Of a stretch of DNA of 64,000 nucleotides, positions 1 to 7,474 are shown piece after piece. Position 1 is the stretch's first letter; each line of letters begins with the position of its first letter. Under the pieces are notes generated by a model. The model made no database searches. It was not told the DNA's origin and saw nothing but the letters and a program-made list of their open reading frames with translations. The translations under genes were made by a program, and so were the position numbers. This stretch comes from Candidatus Aldehydirespirator sp. (GTDB taxonomy: Bacteria > Actinomycetota > Acidimicrobiia > Acidimicrobiales > Aldehydirespiratoraceae), in contig OZ244872.1 in the NCBI GenBank assembly GCA_965221215.1, positions 3,030,340-3,094,339 of the forward strand, read 5' to 3'.

Positions 1-3000
1 TGCCCGAGCTGAGCTTTGCGATGGCGTCTAACAGCGTGGGCGAGGGTGACGGCACGGTGAGTGTGACAGTGGAAGCTGACGCGGCCCCGTCGTCGGCGTT
101 GACGGTCAACCTGTCACACACGCCGGGCTCCGCGGCGGCGGGGACTGATTACACGGCACCAGCGGCGACGTTCACGTTCCCCGTCAATGCGGCCTCGCAC
201 ACGTTCACTGTGGCGATCAACAATGACAGCGTCGACGAGCCCGACGAGGACTTCACGCTGACGCTCGCCTCGGGCAGCGGCTACACCGTCGACTCCGCGA
301 AGGCCACTACCACGGTGACGATCACCGATGACGACGACCCGACAGTGAGTTTCACCCAGGCCACGTACACCGGCAGCGAGGCGACCGGCACGGGTTCGTT
401 CATGGTGACGCTGTCTCGCGAGCAGGCCAGTGCGGTGACGGTGAGCTACAGCGTCGGCGGGTCTGCGATATCGGGCACGGATTACACGGCGCTCAGCGGC
501 AGCGTCAGCATCGCCGCGGGATCCACCACGGCGAGCATTGCGGTGGCGGTCACCGACGACATGATCGACGACGACGACGAGACCATCATCTTGACGCTCA
601 CCACCGGCACCGGTTACCGGCTCCCCTCACCGGCCACAGCGACGATGACGATCATCGATGACGATGCGACGGTGGTGAGGTTGGACCGTGTCGACAGCGG
701 TTCGATCGCGGAGGGCGGTTCGGGGACGGAGGCCGACGCGGAGTTCACGGTGATGCTGGGCCGGCAGCTGGTTGCGGGTGAGGTCGTGGAGGTGCCGCTG
801 GTGTTGGCGGGTACGAACGTGGCCGCGGGCGATGTGAGCGTCGCGAAGAAGCCGGGCGGGTCGCTCAACCGCGGGGTGGGCGTCGCCTCGTCGGCCACGT
901 TGACGCCGACGGTGACCTTCACCGGGGACGGCACCAACGTGGTGCAGACCGCGACGCTGCTGTTGACTGCGGTGCCGGACTCGACGACGGAGGCCGCGGA
1001 GACGGTGACCGTGGCGCTTGGCCCCGACGGCACCGGCACCAACGGGTTCGACGCCGCGGGCAGGGCGACGAACGTCGGCGGCGGCGCCGACCCGCACTCG
1101 TCCAACAACTCGTTCACCGTGGACATCGACGCCGACCCCGTGACACCCCCGCCGGCGGTGCCCAAGCTGAGCTTCGCGCAGGCGACTGACAGCGTGGGCG
1201 AGGGTGACGGCACGGTGAGCGTGACCGTGGAAGCTGACGCGGCGCCGTCGTCGGCGTTGACGGTGAACCTCACTTCCGCCGACGGCTCCGCGACCGGCAG
1301 CGGCACCGATTACACAGCCCCGGCGTCGTTCCCGTTCACGGCGGGTCAGATGTCGCAGACGTTCAGTGTGACGATCACCGGTGACAGCGTCGACGAGCCG
1401 GACGAGGACTTCACGCTGACGCTCGCGTCGGGCAGCGGCTACACCGTCGACTCCGCGAAGGCCACTGCCACGGTGACGATCATCGATGACGATGCGACGG
1501 TGGTGAGCTTGGCGCGCACGGATTCGGGTTCGATAGCGGAGGGCGGTTCGGGGACGGAGGCCGACGCGGAGTTCACGGTGTCGCTGGTGGGCCGGCAGCT
1601 GGTTGCGGGTGAGGTCGTGGAGGTGCCGCTGGTGTTGTCGGGCACGAACGTGGCCGCGGGCGATGTGGGCGTCGCGAAGAAGCCGGGCGTGTCGCTCAAC
1701 CGCGGGGTGGGCGTCGCCTCGTCGGCCACGTTGACGCCGACGGTGACCTTCACCGGGGACGGCACCAACGTGGTGCAGACCGCGACGCTGCTGTTGACTG
1801 CGGTGCCGGACTCGACGACGGAGACCGCGGAGACGGTGACCGTGGAGCTTGGCCCCGACGGCACCGGCACCAACGGGTTCGACGCCGCGGGCAGGGCGAC
1901 GAACGTCGGCGGCGGCGCCGACCCGCACTCGTCCAACAACTCGTTCAACGTGGACATCGACGCCGACCCAGTGACACCCCCGCCGGCGGGGTTGGCGGTG
2001 TCGTTTGAGCGTGGGGCCTACAACGTGGCCGAGCGCGACGGCACGGTGAGCGTGACGGTGAACGCGAAGCCGGCGCCGACGGCGGATCTGGTGGTGTCGT
2101 TCACTCTGGGAGGCACTGCCGGCTGCGGGAGGGACTATGCATTCGGGACCTCGAACTGTCCGGCGGGGACCGGCACAGTGACAATCAAGGGGGGCCAGGA
2201 ATCGGCGACGGTGAGCTTGACGCTGGTCCAGGACGATGATGACGATGATTCTGAGCGTGCGGAGACGGTGGTGCTGACTTTGACCGACGGCGCCGATTAC
2301 GACTTGGGGTCGGTGCAGAAGGCGACGGTGACCATCGCCGGCGCTGATGGGATGCTGTTGTTGGAGTTGTCGAAGTCCGAGCCTGCGTCGCTGTCATTGT
2401 CGATATCTGAGGGTCGCCACGACCCGCATTCGGGTTTGGAGCCTGGATTTGGCAGGGAGGCGGCGTATTCGGTGAGCTTGGCGTCGAAGCCGTCTGATGT
2501 GGTGTGGGTGGACATAACGGTGCCCGCGGGGGTGGAGGTGTCAGCCGCGGGGGGCCTGTTCTTCGACTCGGACGACGCCATGCAGCCGAGGCTGTTCTTC
2601 TTGCCGACGGACTGGAACGAGCCGCAGCGGGTAGCGGTGCGGGTCGTGGAGGACGATGACACCAAGACCATCGCTTCTGCCACGTTGACACACACTGCGT
2701 CGGGCGGCGGTTACGCGTCGGTGACCGGTGAGGTGACGTTGACCGTGGACGACACGGTGTGGCCTGAGAGCTGGACCGACTTCTTGTCCCTGCTGCATTA
2801 TCGGGGCGGCCGGGTGCTGTCTGAGGGCGGCCATGGGGCGCACTTCGCAGTGACCCGGTCGCGCACCTACACCGGCGACCCGGACATGTTCGATGCTGAC
2901 GCGTGGGTGCCGATTCCCGATGCGTGGGGGTTCCAGGTGTGCTTTGAGGGAACAGCAGCGCTCGGGCGTGACTACCTGGTGCGCAACCGGTTCAACCTGC

Positions 3001-4682
3001 CGCTGCCGATGGACCCGAACCAGTCGAACTGCTCGCTGCGCAACAGCGCCGCCGCGGGCACGGGCCTGGCCGCGGGCCAAGACCGTGCCCACTTCTACAT
3101 CCGCATCATCGACGACGCCCATGAGGACTCCGGCGAGACGATCAGGGTGGTCGTCAAGGATCCCATCGGCACCAGCCGCCATCGCAGCGGCATGCACACG
3201 TTCACCTACACGATCACCAACCACGACGCGGTGGAGCTGCCCGCGGCGTCGGCGTCGGTGATCGCGCGCTCTAAGAGCGCGGTCGAGGGCGACGCGGCGG
3301 AGTTCGCGGTGGTGGTGAGCCCGCCGCCTGCCCAGGGCGAGACGCTCGATGTGGCTGTCGACGTGTCCGGCGCGGCCGGGCACCTTGCCGCCGGGCAGGC
3401 CGGCCGGCGCAGCGTGACCGTCGGTGACACCGGCATCGCCGTGCTGCGGGTCGCCACGGTCGACAACGACGCCCGCGAGCTCGACGCGGCGGCAACCGCC
3501 AGAGTGGTCGCAGGCGACGGCTACGGGCTGGGCTCGAGTAGCGGCGCGTCGGTGATGATCACCGACAACGACCCCGACGGCACGGCCCCCACCGTCAGCG
3601 TCGCCGCGGGGGCCGCCACCGTCGTCGAGGGCGACGAAGCGGTGTTCACCCTCACCGCCGACCCCGCGCCCGCGCTGCCGCTGACAGTGGCGGTCACAGT
3701 CACCACCGACGGCGACTACGGCATCGACGCCGAGCCGCGCCCGGTGACCATCCCCGCATCAGGCACATTCACCATGCGGCTGGGCACCTTCAACGACGAC
3801 AACGACGAACCCGACGGAACGGTCACCGTCACCATCGACAGCGCCTACCACTACGACGTCTCCGCCACCGCCAACACCGCGACCGTGGCGGTCCAAGACA
3901 ACGACGAGCCCATGGCTCTCGTGTCGATCAGCGATGCTGTCGCCGCGGAGACCGACGGGGTGATCCACTTCACCGTCACCTTGGACCGGGCGTTGCCCCA
4001 CAACGTGACCGTCTCCTACTTCACCTCCGAAACCAGCCCCGTCTCAGCGGAAACCAACCGCGACTACGTCTCCGCGAGCTGGTACGCCCACATCGCCGCG
4101 GGCGAAACCACCCAAGACATCCCCGTCTACATACTGCAGGACCGCCTCGACGAAGGCCCCGAAACCTTCCAAATCCGCATCAGACGCGTCACCGCAGGCC
4201 GAGCCCGACCCCACCCCACCCAGCACACCGCCACCGGCACCATCACCGACAACCGCCAGCCCGACACCGCCACCGACGGCACCAACCCCGACGATCCTGA
4301 CGACGGCGAGGATCCCCAGCCCGATACCGACACCGGCAGCGGCGAGGATCCCCAGCCCGATACCGACACCGGCATCGGCGAGAACCCCCAACCCGACACT
4401 GGCGGCAGCGCCACCGACGGCACGGGCCTGACAGCCGAACAGATCGCGGCCTGCGTCACCGACGAACTGCTAGAAACCGTGCGCGGCTACTACAAGGCCA
4501 ACCGCGACAAGCCGCCCAACTACGGGCAGAACTGGAAGCGGGTCCTGATCGCCTTCGGCGACATCCAAGATCCCGAACTCACCGCCTACACCGCCACCGA
4601 AGCCTCACAGAGTGAGCAAGTCTGGGCAGGCTGGAAACCCGTCCGTATCGCCCTCCAGTGCCTCAAAGACCTGAGACACTGA
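1..4682 (+). CDS. Giant Calx-beta repeat surface/secreted protein, 5' end outside the window
   Basis: ORF 21..4682 stays open back to nt 3. The residues PELSFA there match the start of the internal PKLSFAQ repeat, so the gene begins upstream. It has about nine modules with the Calx-beta signature (G.DY...F..G....F.V.I..D...E.DE.F.L.L), an acidic DPQPDTDTG linker and a non-repeat C-terminal ~90 aa. Confidence 0.8.
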   Translation, partial: PELSFAMASNSVGEGDGTVSVTVEADAAPSSALTVNLSHTPGSAAAGTDYTAPAATFTFPVNAASHTFTVAINNDSVDEPDEDFTLTLASGSGYTVDSAKATTTVTITDDDDPTVSFTQATYTGSEATGTGSFMVTLSREQASAVTVSYSVGGSAISGTDYTALSGSVSIAAGSTTASIAVAVTDDMIDDDDETIILTLTTGTGYRLPSPATATMTIIDDDATVVRLDRVDSGSIAEGGSGTEADAEFTVMLGRQLVAGEVVEVPLVLAGTNVAAGDVSVAKKPGGSLNRGVGVASSATLTPTVTFTGDGTNVVQTATLLLTAVPDSTTEAAETVTVALGPDGTGTNGFDAAGRATNVGGGADPHSSNNSFTVDIDADPVTPPPAVPKLSFAQATDSVGEGDGTVSVTVEADAAPSSALTVNLTSADGSATGSGTDYTAPASFPFTAGQMSQTFSVTITGDSVDEPDEDFTLTLASGSGYTVDSAKATATVTIIDDDATVVSLARTDSGSIAEGGSGTEADAEFTVSLVGRQLVAGEVVEVPLVLSGTNVAAGDVGVAKKPGVSLNRGVGVASSATLTPTVTFTGDGTNVVQTATLLLTAVPDSTTETAETVTVELGPDGTGTNGFDAAGRATNVGGGADPHSSNNSFNVDIDADPVTPPPAGLAVSFERGAYNVAERDGTVSVTVNAKPAPTADLVVSFTLGGTAGCGRDYAFGTSNCPAGTGTVTIKGGQESATVSLTLVQDDDDDDSERAETVVLTLTDGADYDLGSVQKATVTIAGADGMLLLELSKSEPASLSLSISEGRHDPHSGLEPGFGREAAYSVSLASKPSDVVWVDITVPAGVEVSAAGGLFFDSDDAMQPRLFFLPTDWNEPQRVAVRVVEDDDTKTIASATLTHTASGGGYASVTGEVTLTVDDTVWPESWTDFLSLLHYRGGRVLSEGGHGAHFAVTRSRTYTGDPDMFDADAWVPIPDAWGFQVCFEGTAALGRDYLVRNRFNLPLPMDPNQSNCSLRNSAAAGTGLAAGQDRAHFYIRIIDDAHEDSGETIRVVVKDPIGTSRHRSGMHTFTYTITNHDAVELPAASASVIARSKSAVEGDAAEFAVVVSPPPAQGETLDVAVDVSGAAGHLAAGQAGRRSVTVGDTGIAVLRVATVDNDARELDAAATARVVAGDGYGLGSSSGASVMITDNDPDGTAPTVSVAAGAATVVEGDEAVFTLTADPAPALPLTVAVTVTTDGDYGIDAEPRPVTIPASGTFTMRLGTFNDDNDEPDGTVTVTIDSAYHYDVSATANTATVAVQDNDEPMALVSISDAVAAETDGVIHFTVTLDRALPHNVTVSYFTSETSPVSAETNRDYVSASWYAHIAAGETTQDIPVYILQDRLDEGPETFQIRIRRVTAGRARPHPTQHTATGTITDNRQPDTATDGTNPDDPDDGEDPQPDTDTGSGEDPQPDTDTGIGENPQPDTGGSATDGTGLTAEQIAACVTDELLETVRGYYKANRDKPPNYGQNWKRVLIAFGDIQDPELTAYTATEASQSEQVWAGWKPVRIALQCLKDLRH
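651..1158 (+). repeat. Copy 1 of a near-identical ~510-bp intragenic direct repeat
   Basis: Read directly. The run from atcatcgatgacgatgcgacggtggtgag to gtgacacccccgccggcgg recurs 828 bp downstream with only scattered substitutions and one 3-nt indel (MLGRQ versus SLVGRQ). Confidence 0.9.
1479..1989 (+). repeat. Copy 2 of the ~510-bp intragenic direct repeat
   Basis: Partner of 651..1158. The flanking Calx-beta module (1180..1478 versus 21..335) is also duplicated, at lower identity. Confidence 0.9.
4305..4409 (+). repeat. 36-bp tandem repeat (about 2.9 units) encoding GEDPQPDTDTGS
   Basis: The unit ggcgaggatccccagcccgataccgacaccggcagc occurs at 4305 and 4341, with a diverged third unit at 4377. 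Confidence 0.85.
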
Positions 4683-4709
4683 CCGCACCTGCCTACACCT
4701 GCAACGCGC

Positions 4710-4858
4710 TTAGAGGCAGAGCACAGTCCGCAGCGTCTCGTCGATAGTGTGGCGGGCGAGCATGGTGGCCGCTGGAATGCCTGTTCGGGATCCAGAGGAT
4801 CGACGCCGAAGTCGACGAGCCACACATCGCCGCGCTGTTGCTGGCCTTCAGTGTTCAT
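4710..4858 (-). pseudogene. MazF/PemK-like toxin remnant with an internal deletion and frameshift
   Basis: The N-terminus MNTEGQQQRGDVWLVDFGVDPLDPEQAFQRP matches the MazF/PemK start (GD.W.VDF....G.EQ...RP). The conserved C-terminal-like tail ARHTIDETLRTVLCL* lies in another frame and ends at TAA 4710..4712. Only ~49 codons remain in total. The start overlaps the antitoxin stop by 11 nt. Confidence 0.55.
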
Positions 4859-5099
4859 GGAGGCCGTCGGTGCCCGCCTCGCTCAGTTTCTGGCTCTCGG
4901 CCTGATACGAGTCCGCCTCCGAGTCGCTCAGCTCGTCCAGCGCGCCGCGGGTCGCCAGCCACCAGTCGTCGCGGCCAAGCCGATGCACGGCAGCGGTCAC
5001 GACAGCCACCATCGTGGTGCCCCGGTGCTTGGCCAGCCGAGAGATCTCGTCTCTCAGTCCGACGGGGACACGCAAAGTTGTCGTCTCTGAGAGCGCCAT
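4848..5099 (-). CDS. Ribbon-helix-helix (CopG/MazE-like) antitoxin
   Basis: 83 aa. The N-terminus TTLRVPVGLRDEISRLAKHRGTTMVAVVTAAV has a beta-strand/helix/helix pattern and the tail is acidic. It sits directly upstream of, and overlaps, the toxin remnant. Confidence 0.65.
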   Translation of the reverse strand: MALSETTTLRVPVGLRDEISRLAKHRGTTMVAVVTAAVHRLGRDDWWLATRGALDELSDSEADSYQAESQKLSEAGTDGLHEH

Positions 5100-5163
5100 A
5101 ACTATAGATTAGTCCGGCGCCAGTCACGTTCGACGCTGACTGATCCATTTGGAGGCGGTGTCT

Positions 5164-5230
5164 GGGGGTCGCAGGCGTTGACAGCCGCCGGTCGGGCGGG
5201 GGCTCTGGGCGGGTGTAGCGTCTAGGCGGC
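5164..5230 (+). repeat. 66-bp intergenic repeat (R66), copy 1
   Basis: Sequence ggggtcgcaggcgttgacagccgccggtcgggcgggggctctgggcgggtgtagcgtctaggcgg. It contains the small hairpin CCGCC-ggtcg-GGCGG, a TTGACA motif and a TAGCGT (TAnnnT) motif. Confidence 0.9.
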
Positions 5231-5271
5231 GAGGCCGCTACCGTCGGTCCCCATGGACTGGACGACGGCAA

Positions 5272-5571
5272 GTGACCATGTCATCTGACCAGCTGCGTCC
5301 GGTCGCGGTCGAGGCGCGAAGCGGCTATCGGCTTTGGGTCCGTTTCGATGACGGGGTCGAGGGCGAGATCGATCTGTCGCAGCGAGCCGGCCGCGGTGTC
5401 TTCAGCATCTGGGACGACCAGGGCGTGTTCGAGTCCGCAGTCATCACGCCGCATCGGACCATCGCCTGGTCTGGAGATGCCGAACTCTGTGCTGATGCCT
5501 TGTACCTGCAGATCACTGGTCGCGCCCCTGAGGAGATCATGCCGGGCCTGCAAGCTCTGGCAGATGCCTGA
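5272..5571 (+). CDS. DUF2442 family protein
   Basis: 99 aa. The pattern Y.L.V.F.DG..G..DL....G.F....D...F....I.....I.W.....L..D.LY is typical of DUF2442. The start could be GTG 5272 or ATG 5278. Confidence 0.7.
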   Translation: MTMSSDQLRPVAVEARSGYRLWVRFDDGVEGEIDLSQRAGRGVFSIWDDQGVFESAVITPHRTIAWSGDAELCADALYLQITGRAPEEIMPGLQALADA

Positions 5572-5752
5572 ACTCTGCCGATTCGCCGGCATCGTCATCA
5601 GGATGCACATCGGCGATCACGCACCGCCGCACTTCCACACCGACGGACGGCCCGAGCGACTTCCCCGGATCTTGAGGGCTTATTCTAGTGATAAGCCATA
5701 TGCTGGAATAAGGGTTGATGTGTTGCTGATGCTATTGCTGTTCCTGGAATAG
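5564..5752 (+). pseudogene. DUF4160 family gene, degraded after ~27 codons
   Basis: MPELCRFAGIVIRMHIGDHAPPHFHT is the canonical DUF4160 N-terminus. The remainder diverges and runs into an AT-rich patch (5676..5760). The start overlaps the DUF2442 stop by 8 nt. Confidence 0.55.
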
Positions 5753-5803
5753 GCGCACCATGAGCTGCACCGATTTAGGGGGATCCCGGCGAGGGGTTTG
5801 CCC

Positions 5804-5870
5804 GGGGTCGTAGGCGTTGACAGTCGCCGGTCGGGCGGGGGCTCTGGGCGGGTGTAGCGTCTTGGCGGAC
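5804..5870 (+). repeat. 66-bp intergenic repeat (R66), copy 2
   Basis: Sequence ggggtcgtaggcgttgacagtcgccggtcgggcgggggctctgggcgggtgtagcgtcttggcgg. It differs from copy 1 at about 3 positions. Confidence 0.9.
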
Positions 5871-5876
5871 GCTGGG

Positions 5877-7196
5877 TCAGGGGCCGAGGGCGAATAGTGG
5901 TACTACTGTCACGCCGTCGGGGCGCTCGTATGAGTAGCCGTCGGCTGCGGTTATCACAATGAGCTTTGTTGCTTTGCCCATCTGGGTCGTGTCGACCTTG
6001 CTGTGGACGGCCAGCAGCGAGCGGGCAGCCTGCTCGATCTGCTCGCTGCCGCCCAGTTTGACCTCGACTGCGACCCAGCGGCCGTCTCCGGCGTCGACGA
6101 TGGCGTCGGCTTCGCTGCCGGCTGCGTCGCGGAATGCGAATACCTCAGCATCGACGGCTTGGGCGTAGATGCGCAGGTCCCGGATGACGAGCGATTCGAA
6201 CAGCAGGCCGAGCGTCTCGGGGTCGGACAGCAGACGCTCGGGCCCGGTTCGCAGAGCGGCGACGGCCAGTGACGGATCGGTGAAGTGATGCCGCGGACTC
6301 GATAGCAGCGGCGATCGGGAGCGCAGGTGGGTGGGCCACGCGGTCAGCGGTTCCAGCACATGGAGCCGTTCGAGTGCGTCGAGATAGGCGCGAACCGAAT
6401 GACGGCCGAGGGGAGCGGCTGCGCTGGCTTCGGTGGACAGTTTCTTGAGGCTTGCCGCCGTCCCGACGTTGCGGGCCAGCGAGCGCAGCAGCGCCTGCAC
6501 TCGCACCGGGTCTCGAGCGATGCCGTCGACTTGGCGGATGTCGGTGCGCGCCACATCGTCGAGGTAGCTGCGCAACGCGGCGATCACATCTCGCACCGGC
6601 ACGCTCTCGTCGAGGCCGGGCCAGCCGCCGCGGCACAGCGCATCGACCGCTTCGGGCACACCGCTTCCCGTCGGGCCCGCTTCGGCTGCTTCTCCCCGCA
6701 TGAGCCCGGCGAGCGACACCGCCTGGGTGGACAATCCACGTTCGGCGAGCGACATGGTCCGCAGTGCGAGGCGCTGGACGCGCAGCGCTCCCGAGTGCCG
6801 GGTGAGGTCATCAGACGGTGTGGCCGAGCCGGTCAGGATGAACTGACCTGCTGCGGCTCGGGCGTCGCACACGCCTCGGACGGCGCCCCACAGCGCCGGG
6901 ACTCGCTGCCACTCGTCGATCAATCTCGGTGTGGCGCCGTCCAGCGCCCGGTGGGGTTCGGCCTGGGCCAGCGCGAATGCCGCTGGATCTTGTTCCAGCA
7001 ACGCCTCGCTGCGAGCGAAGCGCTTCGCCAGCCATGTCTTGCCGCAGCCCTTGGGGCCTTCGACGAGCAGCGCCCGGGCGGTTCGTAGTATCCGTGCCGC
7101 ATTCGTCTCAGCGATGCGGACTCGGTAGCCCTCCGGTGTCAGAGTCGCTGCTGGCTCACCCGCCCCGCTGAGATCCATGAGCATGGAATCTACCAT
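5877..7196 (-). CDS. AAA-type ATPase with a DUF4143 C-terminal region (COG1373-like), paralogue 1
   Basis: Walker A GPKGCGKT, LIDEWQ (Walker B-like), FILTGSA, and C-terminal LFESLVIRDL...AVEVK. Roughly half of the residues match ORF 34103..35395. Confidence 0.75.
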   Translation of the reverse strand: MVDSMLMDLSGAGEPAATLTPEGYRVRIAETNAARILRTARALLVEGPKGCGKTWLAKRFARSEALLEQDPAAFALAQAEPHRALDGATPRLIDEWQRVPALWGAVRGVCDARAAAGQFILTGSATPSDDLTRHSGALRVQRLALRTMSLAERGLSTQAVSLAGLMRGEAAEAGPTGSGVPEAVDALCRGGWPGLDESVPVRDVIAALRSYLDDVARTDIRQVDGIARDPVRVQALLRSLARNVGTAASLKKLSTEASAAAPLGRHSVRAYLDALERLHVLEPLTAWPTHLRSRSPLLSSPRHHFTDPSLAVAALRTGPERLLSDPETLGLLFESLVIRDLRIYAQAVDAEVFAFRDAAGSEADAIVDAGDGRWVAVEVKLGGSEQIEQAARSLLAVHSKVDTTQMGKATKLIVITAADGYSYERPDGVTVVPLFALGP

Positions 7197-7255
7197 TTTC
7201 GACGAGATTGATCTACCAAAATCGAGTCCACCGATCTACCAAAATCAGATCAGTG
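7187..7255. repeat. Three 23-bp-period tandem units (core ATCTACCAWWWTC) at the ATPase-1 start
   Basis: Units start at 7187, 7210 and 7233: aatctaccattttcgacgagatt, gatctaccaaaatcgagtccacc, gatctaccaaaatcagatcagtg. Unit 1 overlaps the ATG at 7196. Confidence 0.8.
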
Positions 7256-7368
7256 CAGTGTTGAGCGCATCACGAAGGCACCGATATTCCAAGCTTTCGG
7301 CCAACTGCTGGGATAACAGCCTGAATCTGGGTTCATTGTTTCAGCGAATGGAACGGCGGCTCTCTCCC

Positions 7369-7438
7369 CGGGGTCGCAGGCGTTGACGGGTCGCCGGGCG
7401 GGCGGTGGGCTTTGGGCGGGTGTAGCGTTTTGGGCGGT
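7369..7438 (+). repeat. 66-bp intergenic repeat (R66), copy 3 (more diverged)
   Basis: Sequence ggggtcgcaggcgttgacgggtcgccgggcgggcggtgggctttgggcgggtgtagcgttttgggcgg. Confidence 0.85.
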
Positions 7439-7474
7439 CGGTGCCCATAGCTGAGCGGATCGGTTGGAGGGCTT

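Noticed and set aside
4586-4858. Listed 90-aa ORF interpreted as an intact toxin gene
   Set aside because: Only the first ~30 residues resemble MazF/PemK. The rest is Cys/Arg-rich read-through that overlaps the Calx-beta gene end. The real C-terminal-like motif is in another frame, so I called it a pseudogene.
5164-7438. R66 repeats interpreted as integron attC sites, making the region a chromosomal integron cassette array
   Set aside because: There is no intI integrase or attI nearby. The repeat lacks the paired R''/R' core sites (RYYYAAC ... GTTRRRY); GTTGACA does not fit, and there is no complementary site at the other end. The cassette genes also point in both directions. I kept it as an unexplained repeat instead.
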